DNA of 63,966 bases, counting the filler, from Olpidium bornovanus S191 (lineage: Eukaryota; Fungi; Olpidiomycota), in NCBI GenBank assembly GCA_017911155.1. It is 22 parts of 22 records of this genome, joined end to end, with 100 filler letters (N's around TTAATTAATTAA, not from the genome) between each part and the next. Parts side by side here need not be neighbours in the genome. Positions count along the whole stretch, not along the records: positions 49,287 to 52,845 come from JAEFCI010009799.1; positions 52,946 to 57,829 come from JAEFCI010012243.1; positions 57,930 to 60,414 come from JAEFCI010007596.1; 19 more parts are not named here. The stretch is one strand, 5' to 3'. The notes below the pieces were generated by a model. It was not told the DNA's origin, made no database searches, and worked only from the letters and a program-made list of their open reading frames with translations. Positions 49,287-60,414 of the stretch are shown here, in pieces. A program made the translations under genes and the position numbers. The number at the start of each line of letters is the position of its first letter. Positions within the stretch are counted from its first letter, which is position 1.

Positions 49287-49995
49287 AATGGCGAGGAGCC
49301 GCTGTTGAGCGGCGGCGGCGGCGGCGGCGAGAAAGGGGCGCGCCGGGGGCGAAGGGCCGACAGTGCCGGGGGGCGGGGCGTCAACGGAGCTGCGGGGATG
49401 GCAGCTGTGGGGACGGCGGCGGAGCTGCGGGGATGGCAGCTGCGGGGACGGCGGCGGAGCTGCGGGGATGGCGGCGGCGGAGCTGCTTCGGGCTGGGGCG
49501 GGCTGCGGCGGGCGGCGGCGGGGGCGGCGCGGCGCGCAGCGGCGGCCGGAAAGATGCGGCGGCGGGCTGCGGCGGGCTGCGGCGGGCGGCGGCGGGCGGC
49601 GGCGGCGGCGGCGAGCGAGCTGCGAGCGGCGGCCGGAAAGATGCGGCGGCGTGCTGCGGCGGGCTGCGGCGGGCGGCGGCGGCGGCGGCGGAGCGCAGCG
49701 GCGGAGCGCAGCGGCGGAGCGCAGCGGCGGAGCGCAGCGGCGGAGCGCAGCGGCGGAGCGCAGCGGCGGAGCGCAGGCGGCGGCGACCGCGAAGGCGGCG
49801 GCGGCCGGAAATATGTGCGGCGGCGGGAAAGATGGCGGCGGCGGCCAGAAAAATGGCGGCGGCTGCGGGGTTGCGCTGCGGGGCGCCGTCTGGTCCGGCT
49901 TGGGCTCATAACCTGTTGTTGAGGGGTTTACGCGCGCCGTAGGGCGTTGTATTTTGCATAGAGTTTACGTGTTATAAGGGATAAAACTTGTGGGG
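49287..49995 (+). repeat. (GGC)n / GCAGCGGCGGAGC low-complexity tract plus the conserved block shared with 1985-2370
   Basis: Degenerate GGC repeats and 13-bp GCAGCGGCGGAGC units, then the TTGGGCTCATAACCTG block from 49900. Confidence 0.85.
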
Positions 49996-50039
49996 TTATA
50001 ACCAACCGAGGTAAAAAGGAAGGTAAGAAGTAGAGCGAA

Positions 50040-50700
50040 GTTCAAAGTTCAACACCAACGAGCTAAAGCATTTCCAGATCCAATCACCGGATGCTGAGAA
50101 TGCAGCACTCGAAAAAAAAACCGCAAAAATAGTACTGATATTACTCACTTCATCCCAAACCTGATCACTTGCCACCAGCAACAGAGATCAAAGTGGAGAA
50201 TTCCAGAACTTGGCATGCTTATAGCACACGATGAGAGCTATTAATACAAGCTAAAGTTGTGCCAGATATGTTTACAGGATCTTGAGAACGACCGACTGAA
50301 AAAAACTCGAAAATAGTATAAATAATATTCACTTCACCCCAAACCTGATCACTTGCCACCAGCCAACAAGTTCAAAGCATACAATTTTGTGAAACTCAGC
50401 ACACTTATAGTGCTTGATGAGGGCTTTCCAATGAGCCAAAGCGTTGCCAGATATGATCACAGGATGCTGAAACCCAGCACCCGAAAAAAAATGCGGAAAT
50501 AGTACTAATAGCATTCACTTCAACCCAAACCTGATCACTTACCACCAGCAAAACGGATCAATGTGGAAAATTTTGAAACTCAGCACGCTTATAGGACTTG
50601 ATGAAAGCTACCAACGCAAGCGGTGCCAGGTATAATCGCATAATCGTGAAAACCGGCGTTTTGAAAAAATGCGAAAATAATAGTTAAAGTATTCACTTTA
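50040..50700. repeat. Diverged ~185-bp tandem repeat, about 3.6 copies
   Basis: The anchor CACTTCANCCCAAACCTGATCACTTRCCACCAGC occurs at 50146, 50330 and 50516, with a partial ATTCACTT at 50691. Confidence 0.9.
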
Positions 50701-51536
50701 TGTTATGCTTCCGGCCGCTCGTGCCGCCGCCGGTCGCGGAGCCTGTGGGCAGGCGCTCCCGGGAATCCTGCCAAAGAAGAGGCGGCGGGCTCTGTCTTGT
50801 CGGTGCTTGCATTTGCTGTCCGCTGGTCACTCGATGCTGACCCTGCGGGCGCGACGGGGAACACCCTACCGTCATGGGAAGTGGCGATTGTGGAGTTCCC
50901 GGTTTTCGGCCCTGTCGCGGCGCGGCGAGTGTGGTGTGGCGCCGCGGCAAGCCTTTGCCGTGAAGGAGTCGGCGCGGCGAGTGTCGGTGTGGCGTCGCGG
51001 CGCAGTAAGTTTTCGGCTGTGGAGGCCGGAAAGCTATGAAAAATTGAAGAGTAGGTCAGTCCCGTCAGATGGTCCTTGGGCTCATAAACCTGACGCCGGC
51101 GCCGGACTTCGGACGGCGGACGCAGAATCTTCCGTATTTGGATTTGGTTTTGGAGTACGCAAAGAGTACGGAATACAGGAAGTGACAACGTTGCGTGCGA
51201 CACACATCCCCCCCCCCCCACCTTCCACCATCTGCCTAGGCATGCGGGGAGGGGGAAACATCCGGTGGGACGCAAACGCGCGATCCAAACTGCCGTGACA
51301 GCCCCTTGCCTTCGTCGCGCCGCCAATATTGCCGCGTGCCCCAGAATCCCACCGCAGATCCCGGCCAGGAAAACTCAGGCGTGCCGACGACAACGGAACA
51401 AGGCGACGCATTTCGGATTTCGCACACGACAAAAATGCTCACGTAAAAGACGAGCAATTTCCATTTGTTTGTTCGCTTTCTTTTTCATGATCCGCCGGAA
51501 AAAAATAAAAAAAAACCCTGGAATTCGAAACCGCCC

Positions 51537-52683
51537 TCAGGTCCTGACGGGAGCGGCTCCTGCCGGTTTCCTAGAGTCTACGAGGATCTTTTTGCCGTCC
51601 TGTCGAATTTGACGATCGAGAAACGGCCGCAAAAAGTTTAGCCGATCATCGGCCGGGAAACACGGCACGGACACCCCTTTTTTTTTCAACATAGAGAAAG
51701 AGCGCGGCGGGTCACCTTGTTGAACCTGTATCGAGGAGGCGGTGCGCGGTTGCGCCTGCCCTCGCGGGAACGGACGCGGACGACCTTCGCGTGAATGGCG
51801 CAAGAGACGCAGTAGTGCTGCTTGATGTACAGCTTGGGAAGGGCAAACTCTGCAAGCGCGAGCGGGGGTTCGAGCGCACGCAATCGAAGCAAAAGACGGT
51901 GCGCGGCAAACCGCGTCTTTATTTATACCTCGGGGACAAGACGAACAAAAACGGTGGCAAAAAAAGGAAGGAAGGAAGAAAGAAAAAGAGACCTTACCGT
52001 CATAAACGGATGCGTCGGTGATGTCTCGGATCGCGGCGGACTCGACCATGTTGCGGACGATGAAGCGCTTGATGGCCTTGTCTTTGGGCACGCAGCGAGC
52101 GCAGTTGGTGCAGCGCACGGGCTTGACGTGGCCGCGTCCGGATTTGTTCCGCCCGTGGTTGCGCCTCTTGACGGTCTGTAATCATTACGGGAAGGCGCGC
52201 GCGGGGGAGGGGGGGGAAGGAATGAAACGGGGTGTGGACGCAAAATTAGGTCGAGGAAGTTTGGTCCCCTCCCACAACCCCAACACCCTAGGTGCGTGCT
52301 TTCCGGGGAAGGCAGCGCCCGGCCCCCCAGGCTCGTTGTAAGCTGGACATCCCGGCCCGTCCCAAGGAGGTCCCCGCCGGGAAGTTCGTTTGACGGGCTC
52401 GCTGGCGGCTCGCGCGTCCCTTCCTCGTCGTCCTCGGGCAAAGGGGGGAAGGGATGCGAAAAAGATTTCTCCGCGTCCGCGAAAAAGCGGTGCCACAGCC
52501 CGCCTCTTGTGCCTAGCGTCGAGGAGGAAACGACAAGGCGCAAATATCCGGGAACGCGCGCCCGCCGGAAGGGAACGTCCGGTTCCGGGCTGCCAGAAAG
52601 TGGTGGGACGCCGATGGCAAAGAGGGACGGCGGCGCGAGGAAGTGCAACGCCAGTTATTGTGTATCCCTCTCTCCCTCACCAT
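51537..52683 (-). CDS. RPS26: 40S ribosomal protein S26 (eS26), 4 coding exons
   Basis: ATG-only first coding exon (52683-52681, GTGAG donor); [38 protein letters not shown]; [25 protein letters not shown]. Confidence 0.97.
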
Positions 52684-52945
52684 GGCTGACGTCAGGGGAA
52701 ATGGCCGCGGGTTTCTCCAGGCGCGGAAATTTTTGGGTCGTGGAGGAAACGGGAAGTGAGGCCGGGTTGCGGGCGGGTTTTCGACTTCTTGCCGTCCCCG
52801 CCAACCGGGAACCGCGCCAAAAGTTGTCACGTTCAGTGCTGCATGNNNNNNNNNNNNNNNNNNNNNNNNNNNNNNNNNNNNNNNNNNNNTTAATTAATTA
52901 ANNNNNNNNNNNNNNNNNNNNNNNNNNNNNNNNNNNNNNNNNNNN

Positions 52946-53146
52946 CAAAGTGTCCCGGTGCACGAACGACAATTTCAGCGACCGCGGGACGCAGACGGTC
53001 AACTACTTCAGCAAAAACAAGGACGTGCAGGCGACGATCCTCAAACAGGCCAACGCGGAGTGCATGGTCACCGACTGGAGCATTTACGACGCGTATGCGG
53101 CCATCGAAGCGAAGCACGCGGAGGGAGCTGACGCGGAACACGAATC
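52946..53146 (+). CDS. DNAI4: Axonemal dynein intermediate chain WDR78/DNAI4 (IC138-like), single exon fragment
   Basis: DRGTQTVNYFSKNKDVQA...VTDWSIYDAYAAIE resembles the WDR78 motif R..QTFN..PKNKDVQ...TAWDLYDSY as I recall it. Confidence 0.72.
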
Positions 53147-53864
53147 GTGCGTTTGCAGCAGGGATTGTTTCCCGTGCTGCGATGTTTTTCCTTTTTTTTT
53201 GGCGCGAAAAAAAAAAAAGTTCCCCCCCGTCCTTTTGCTGACGAAACGGACGAAAACAACAACAACAACCACAAAATAATACCAAAACTTCGCGCAGAGC
53301 TGCTACGGGGCTTTTCACGGCCGAGGACGACTTCGCCGGCTCCGAGTCCCCCATCAGCGCCGCTCAGGTCGCCAGCGCGTCCACCCTTCAGATGTGCAGC
53401 CAATCGCAGCTCTCGTACGCGTGAGACGTAAAAACAGTAAAAAAAAAAAAAAAAAAAACGAAAAGTTTTTCTCTTTTTCTTTCCCGCCGCCTTCTTTCCC
53501 TGTGCGTTTGGACTTCCGGGTGCGGTGGGGGGGAATGAAGAGCGGAGCGCGCGCTCACGCCAACGTCTCGGGCGAAAAGTGCGTCGGTACTGCGCGGCGG
53601 CAAGGCAGGACGGCCGGTTTCTGGTACACGAGGGGTGGAGCTCAACGCGCAACGATTTTTGTTTTTTTTTTTCCTCCCTCTCTCTATCGGCTACTACGGA
53701 AGCTGAACGTGCCCCCCCCCCCACCCCAAAACGAAAATCTAGATTGGAAAAAATAGAAGTCGGCAGAGTAGTTGTGCCCCGTTCGGCTTCCAAATTCCCC
53801 GAATTTGGCAACGCTAACCATCGTGCCAACATACTGTGCGAACATTCTGACAAGCATAAATGTA

Positions 53865-53894
53865 CTAGGGCTAAGGTTAGGGTTTTAGGGTTAG
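53865..53894 (+). repeat. Short degenerate TTAGGG-like tract
   Basis: CTAGGGCTAAGGTTAGGGTTTTAGGGTTAG; only two perfect units. Confidence 0.4.
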
Positions 53895-54466
53895 CGTCGC
53901 GGGAAAGGAAAGGGGAAAGGAGGACGACGACGAGAGGACCCGAGGAAGAGGGAGCCGGCCAGTGTGGAGGAATATGAAACCTCCCTCGAGGGGTGGCGGA
54001 CGGCGGGATGGCTAGGGCCCTTGCTGCGAAGGCACGGACGCGGGCGGTGCGCGGGGCGTTCTACCCCTCCTCCGAAGGAGGCCAGTTGAACCAATATCTA
54101 CAAATCCCCCAAAATGCTATCGGTTCCCTGTGGGAAACGACCTCGTGCGCGCCGCCGGGGTGGTGGGATTGCGGAAACGGCATCATTCTCACTTCTGGGA
54201 CGGACGTGCGGGCTTTGCTTTCTTTGTTCTCTCCCCCGGCGCATTATTCCAACTTTCCGCGATTGATACATATTTTTTTTTTTTTTTCTTCCTTCGTTTT
54301 CCCTTTTTGTTTTCCGGCGCGCGCTCCTCCGCGCGCTCCCTCGCTCTCGCCCCGGCGCTCCTCGCGCGTTCCCGCCCGCGCCGCCCCCCTGGGAGGAAAA
54401 ACGAGAAGAAGACGCCAAAAAAAAAAAAAAAAAATATTCCCTGCCCCGCGACGCCCGCCCGCCCCG

Positions 54467-56697
54467 ATGAGCCAAGGCGCCACCCGAGCAGCCAACGACG
54501 ATCGTCTTCTGCGCGACCCCAGCCCCTCGCCCGCCCCGCAGCTGCCGCACCAGCCTGCCGCCTCCCACCGCCCCCCGCACGCAGCCGCCGCCGAGCCGCC
54601 CGCGGACGACGGCGCCCGCGCTTCTACCGTCTCGCTGGCCCAGGACACCAGGCCGTTCCTGAACGACGAGATCCGGTTCGACTACACCATGGACACCTGC
54701 CCCGCCCCCGCCGCAGCTGCCGCGAAGGCCCCGCGTCCGCCCATTTCGAGGGAGCCCGACGCTACCCCCGGCATGCAGCCTTCGCACGCCTCGTCGCGGC
54801 CGCTGGACCACTCGAAGACGTTCTACGAAAAGTGGATGATGGCTCTCGGGAACTGCATGGGCTTTTTCGGTAGGCGGCCCCTCTCCGGGCCGACTGGACG
54901 ACCTTCCCCCGCGGCCCTCACGTTTTCCGTGTCGTGGTTGCGTTGCGTCGTGCCAACCGGCCTGACTGTTCCTGCTTTTCGCGTCGCTTTTTCTGCCGCA
55001 TAGGCCAGGTGGGCCGCAATCAAACGCCCGAGGGCTTGTTGCTGACCAAAGTTCCGTGGACTCTTTATCTAAGCTGCTTCCTTCTTTTTTGGGTCGTGTG
55101 CAGGTTCCCGGTTGCTTCTGCTGCCCAAACCCCATGGTGTCTGTCCCGCAAGGTAGACCTGGCATTGGTCGGGTCTCGCTGTAAGCGGTCCTACGCTAAC
55201 GCATGTTTCGGCGAAGGCTTCGTCGGTTTGATCTCCAGCTTTGGCAGGTACTACAAGACGGTCGACCCGGGCCTCACAACAATGAACGTCCTCACTGAGG
55301 AGATTAAGATGGTTGATGTCCGGATTCAGGTGCGCATGAGAAAGCAATCCCGTTACTGGCCGGCTCCGTGGCTTCTTTGCGCCTGTTTTCTTTATCGGCC
55401 GGGCTTTCCAGGTGGGCCTCTGCTGATCGTCGCCGCCGCGCGTTTCTGCTCCAGATTACGGAAATTCCTCGTCAGGACATTATGACCAAGGACAACGTTT
55501 GTGTCAGCATCGAGTGGGTCGCCTGCCATGGTGTTTTCTTCTTTTCCACACCTCTCATACACACTAACTTACCGTCAAAACTTCTCCAGCTCCGTGGTCT
55601 ATTGGACTGTGTGCGACCCGTAAGTCGTAGCGCTCCGTTTCCAAGCCGCCGAGTCATAAGCTGACCAGACACTCTGTGGCACAGCTACAAGGCCGCGTTC
55701 GGCATTACAAACGCCTGCCAGGCACTGACTGAGCGGACGCAGACTACGCTGCGGCAAACCCTCGGAGTGCGCGTGCTGCAGGACGTCATCGAGAACCGCG
55801 AAGTCATTGGCGAAGAAATAGCGCGAGTTATCGACGTTCCCGCGGTACGGAAGAACATTTTTATCCCGCATCATAACTGCAAATACCGCGGCGTTTTGTG
55901 ATCTTCCGGTTTGTTGACCGGATCGCCAATCACGCGTGTCACGCCATTTGTTACAGCACACGTGGGGTATCAAGGTTGAGTCAAGTGAGCGACGCGATTA
56001 TGGCGACGACGTTTGACAGCGAACCGTCTATATCGGTTGCTGACGCACAATTGCCCGCCCAAATTCGGCTCCTACCTTTTCTTCCCAGTTTTGTTCAAGG
56101 ATCTACAGTTCGGCGCTGAGCTTCGGGAGTCCCTTGCCAGCGCTGCCACCCAGAAGCGGATCGGAGAAAGCAAGATTATCGCCGCGCGTGCTGAGGTCGA
56201 AGGTAACAGTCTGTTCACGCTTCGTCCCAGAGCCGCGCCGAACGAAGCTAATCTCAACTGTCGTCCGTATTCGTGTTGTTGCCTTGCACTGCGGATAAGC
56301 CGCCAAGGTATGTTACGACTGTATTGAGGGGAGCGCGTATCTTTGGACGCGCAGACAGACCGTTAACTATTTGCGCCTGGAAATTTCCGGCGTTCTTAGC
56401 TGATGAGAGAGGCTAGTGACATCCTTAATACGAAGGCTGCCATGCAGATTCGGTACCTGGACACCCTGAGAGATATGTCGAGGTCTTCTGGGTCCAAGGT
56501 AAAGATAATCATGTGCCTGAAATGCAAAATTCAGCCGATAGCGTTGCGTCTAACGCGATGTCGTTGGCGGCCAGATCATCTTCATGCCGTTAACGGACCA
56601 GGACGCCGATGACAGCAAGCCCCATGGCATGGCGGGCGGTGGCATCCCGGCCGGTGTACAGCGCTCTGCAATCATGGACAATGTCTCCAAAATGTAA
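54467..56697 (+). CDS. Stomatin-like SPFH/band-7 protein, multi-exon, apparently complete
   Basis: VPGCFCCPNP...QGFVGLISSFGRYYKTVDPGL; QDIMTKDNV; ERTQTTLRQTLGVRVLQDVIENRE; RESLASAATQKRIGESKIIAARAEV; MREASDILNTKAAMQIRYLDTL. Confidence 0.93.
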
Positions 56698-57159
56698 TTT
56701 TAGTTGCGGACACTGTATTCCCATGACCCATATGGCGTTTCCTTTCTGCGCCGCCTTTTTCTTTCCTTTCTCTTCCCATGACGCCGATAACGCCGTTTGC
56801 TCTTAGTTTCCCGCCCCCCTCGCTCAGTAACTCCGTTCCTGAGTTCGTATCGTTTTAGTACTTGTCCGGACGCACATCGAAGATCTGTTCCCGTCCGCAT
56901 GTCGTATCCTCCGCGCAACTCCCCCTCTGGCGCCAATAGCTAGATCTCCATAATCAATTCCGCGAACGCTGTTTTTTTTCTTTCATTTTCCCGCTTAACG
57001 TAGAAATCGTCTACAGTAATGGATTTGCCGCTTCCGTTTAGACAGAGACGAGCACGTCCTTTGCAGGTCAATGTCAAAATCGCGTTGTTGCCAACCTGCA
57101 AAGGATAGTCATAATGTCCGCAGCACGTACGGAACGCGGTCTTCTCAACGACCTGGGTA

Positions 57160-57829
57160 AGTACCCTTGTGTGAGGTTGAGGGTGGAAAAGTAACGAGCT
57201 CTAACCAACCGGTGTCGCATCTCGTCGGGCAGCCCAAAGGGGGTTGGGTCTTTAATCGTCAGGGCGTTCAATCGTCGATAATCAACGTACATGCAGCGCT
57301 TCTCAGACCCGGTTTTTTTTGACGAATAAGAAAGGAAACCCCCAAGGTGACGACAACAGGCGGATGTGGTCCTGCTTTGGACAGTTCTGGCAGCTAACCG
57401 TGCAGCTCAGCGAGTTGTGCAAATGGGTTGTGTGCGTGGTTTCACGTCGGGGGCGAGCTTGATGGTGTGCTCCAAGCCGGTGAGCGCCGCCGAATGGACG
57501 GCATGAACAGGTGGGAGGGCTTGCCGGCGTGACATTCGCATTTGCCTTCCAAGGCGTCTTTGTAGCGGTCCCTCGGTATCGTTGCCCTGCCTCTTGCACC
57601 TGAATTTAGGATCCAGCAAAACCCGCTCGACCGGAACCTGACCAATTGAACCCCCTGCTGTCCACCTGTGATCCGACCGGCCCGCTCGACCGCACAACTC
57701 GAAATCGACATGATGTGCACCCGCCGTGAACACGCGACTCCCCGCGATTTTGCGCACGTGGGGTCCGGAGCTGGACCAACGAGTTCCAAATTGCCTGGCA
57801 TTCAAAAAAAAACAAATGCTTTGGTGAAA
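57160..57829 (-). mobile_element. Degenerate Ty3/gypsy reverse transcriptase relic
   Basis: EHTIKL..DVKP; SPWGFPFLFVKK; MYVDYRRLNALTIKD...YFSTLNLTQGY spread over different frames. Confidence 0.9.
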
Positions 57830-58599
57830 NNNNNNNNNNNNNNNNNNNNNNNNNNNNNNNNNNNNNNNNNNNNTTAATTAATTAANNNNNNNNNNNNNNN
57901 NNNNNNNNNNNNNNNNNNNNNNNNNNNNNATGATCAACTTTACTGCGGGAAGGATCAGCCCGGAGCTCGTCGGTGAAGTTGGGCCCCAGCCGAGCGTGCT
58001 TCGTACTGTTCCCTTTTAATGACGGCGGTATCCGATCTGCCCAACACATGCCGGGTTAGGTGTCGCCGCGCCAACTGTGATCAGCCCGTTGCGGGCGCGT
58101 GTGACTGCGGTCGCGTGTGTGATGGACCGGCGATGGGAACGAAGGAACGGAGCCACGCACTGCGTTCGTTGGACGTCCTGTCCGGGAGAGTTCAGGATTT
58201 CTGCGTGGAGTTTGTCAACGTCGCGGACAGAGTCCGTTTCGCTCGTCTTGTGCTCACCCCACGGTGCCCGCGCTGCGCCCTTCTCAGGCCGTCCTCCGCC
58301 GGTTCAGCGCGTTCGCGGGTTACCTGCCTGCGAGGGGAGCGTGGATGCCTGTCGCGGGCGGGCGGATTTTGCAGGAGATAAAACTAAAAAAAAAAAAAAA
58401 AAAAAAAAAAACAAAAAAAAGACCAGAAGAGAGGCGGCTGTCGCGGACGCACCGGAGGTTCAACCGTGCCTTATTCCCCGCTTCTGCCAAGTAGCAACCA
58501 AGACCGCGCGGGCCGCGTGCCGAACCCGGCTGGGATAAACGCGCGTTTACCTTGCCTGCGCGGTGGGAGCCGCTGGAGGGGGGGGGGGGGGGGGGGGGG

Positions 58600-58647
<48 letters not shown>

Positions 58648-58697
58648 GGGCCGAACGGAGGGAGGAAGAGGAGGAGAAGAGGTGGAGGAAGCCCGAG

Positions 58698-60414
58698 ATG
58701 CCGGCTTCTGCCGCTCGTGGCGACCGCTGCCCGTCACTTCACTCTTCTTCCTCTCGGGAGTCGGGTTCCCCGCCCTGCCGCAAACCGCCCCTGGCTTCGA
58801 TGGCCGATCTGGTCCGCGGCCCGGGCGACCTCACCTCCGCGCCAGACCCGGTGCCACGAGCGCTCGGACAGTGTCCCGCGGGCGAGATGAGCTGCCGCGC
58901 GCTGCAAAGCCTCACCGACGAGCACGTCGCCGCCGTGAAGAATCTCGCGAGGCGCGTCGGCGGCGCGGAATGGCGCGACGACGACGGCCTCGGGGACGCG
59001 CGGTTCACGGAAATGCAGGCCCTCCTGCAGGAGCTCGAAGAGGCGCGCCGCGAGCTCGTAGAGGCGCGCCGCAAACTGTCGACGTGGGTTCAGCAGTTCA
59101 AACTCCTCGAGAGCGTCAAGGACGCCGTCGACGCCGACCGGCGCGCTGCGATCCTGAGGGCGGATTCGCTGGAGGCGGAGACCGCGGAGCTTCGCCTGCA
59201 GGTCGCGGCCCTTGAGCAGCGGCTCCACGAAGCCGGCCGGGAACACCAGGACGCCATCGGCCGCGTGGAAAGCGAGCTAATCCTGTTCAGGACCCGCTCC
59301 GCCTCTGCCCAAGAAGAGTCCGGCCGGCTGCGCTCCGATCTCAACAAGACCAAGCGGGAGCTGTCCGCCAAGGTCGAAGCCATGGAGGACCTCCAGCGAG
59401 GGTACCGGCGCGCCGCGGTCGAAGTGAGCGAGAAGGAGAAGGCCATCGCCGAGCTTCGCGAGAGCCTCCGGGCGCTCGACGAGGCGGAACAGCTCCGGGC
59501 CCACGCCGCGGAACAGGAGGCCAAGGTGGCTGAGTTGGAAGAGGAACTCCGTCAGCTGCGGTTCGTCCACGCGAAGGAGGCCGCCGCGTCGCGCGACTTG
59601 GCGGAAAGGAAGGCCGCCGAGCTGGAGAGGAAGGACGAAGCCCTTTCCGAGCTGCGTACGCAGCTGAAGGACGCCAGGGCGATGCACGACGAGGACATTG
59701 GTCGGCTGAAGGAGGTCAGGGCGATGCAGGACAAGGAGATTGGCCAGCTGAAGGAAGTCAGGGCGATGCACGACGAGGAGATAAACAAGTTGAAGGAGGT
59801 CAGCGCGATGCACGGAGAGGAGATTGCCCAGTTGAAAAACGTCAAGGCGGTGCAAGATGAAAAGATTGCCCAGATGAATGCAGAACGCGCAGCTCTAGAC
59901 CTGCAAATCGCGGAGATGAACGCACTACGCGCGATCCTAGACCAGAAAATCGCCCAGATGAACGCAGAACACAAAGCTCTCGACCTGCAAATCGGAGATC
60001 TCCAAATCGAGCTAAAGAAAGCTCAGCAGAGTGCCGACGCAGCGGCCTTTAAAATGGCGAAGAAAGAAGACGACCTCCTCGAAGCACGGAAGCTGCTGTC
60101 TGCTGCGGAAACAAGTCGTGACCAGGTGAATATGGAATTGAGTAAGGTGACTGCTCAGAACAGTGACCTCCAGCGGGATCTTAAAGCTGCTAAGGAATAT
60201 CTGAAGCGTATGGAGAATTACGAGGACGAGATTGAATTCTACAAGAAAGAACTGGAGTTCCAAAGAACGCAGTACGAGGAGGTTATATCTCAGCTGCGCT
60301 CGGAGCTCGACGACGCCAAAGGAGAAATTGGAAATGCGGGCTTGGTGACCGCTCAACTTCGCAAAGAGATCGCAGAGGCCAACGCAGAAGCTGAACGGCT
60401 CCGCGCCGACATGA
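58698..60414 (+). CDS. Long coiled-coil protein (partial) with 14-aa repeats
   Basis: Open, intronless frame of over 570 codons with heptad-like E/K/L/A periodicity, running off the contig. No family recognised. Confidence 0.8.
59661..59996 (+). repeat. In-frame 42-bp tandem repeat, 8 copies
   Basis: Units start at 59661, 59703, 59745, 59787, 59829, 59871, 59913 and 59955. Confidence 0.92.

Noticed and set aside
50085-50180. TPP riboswitch suggested by CTGAGA and AACCTGATC
   Set aside because: The P1/P5 elements and the 3' GCG..GGGA motif are missing, and the motifs belong to a tandem repeat unit.
55110-55170. Apparent frameshift in stomatin between CCPNP and VSVPQG
   Set aside because: Recounting shows four Cs (AAC CCC ATG), so the frame is intact once the 5-nt micro-exon is included.
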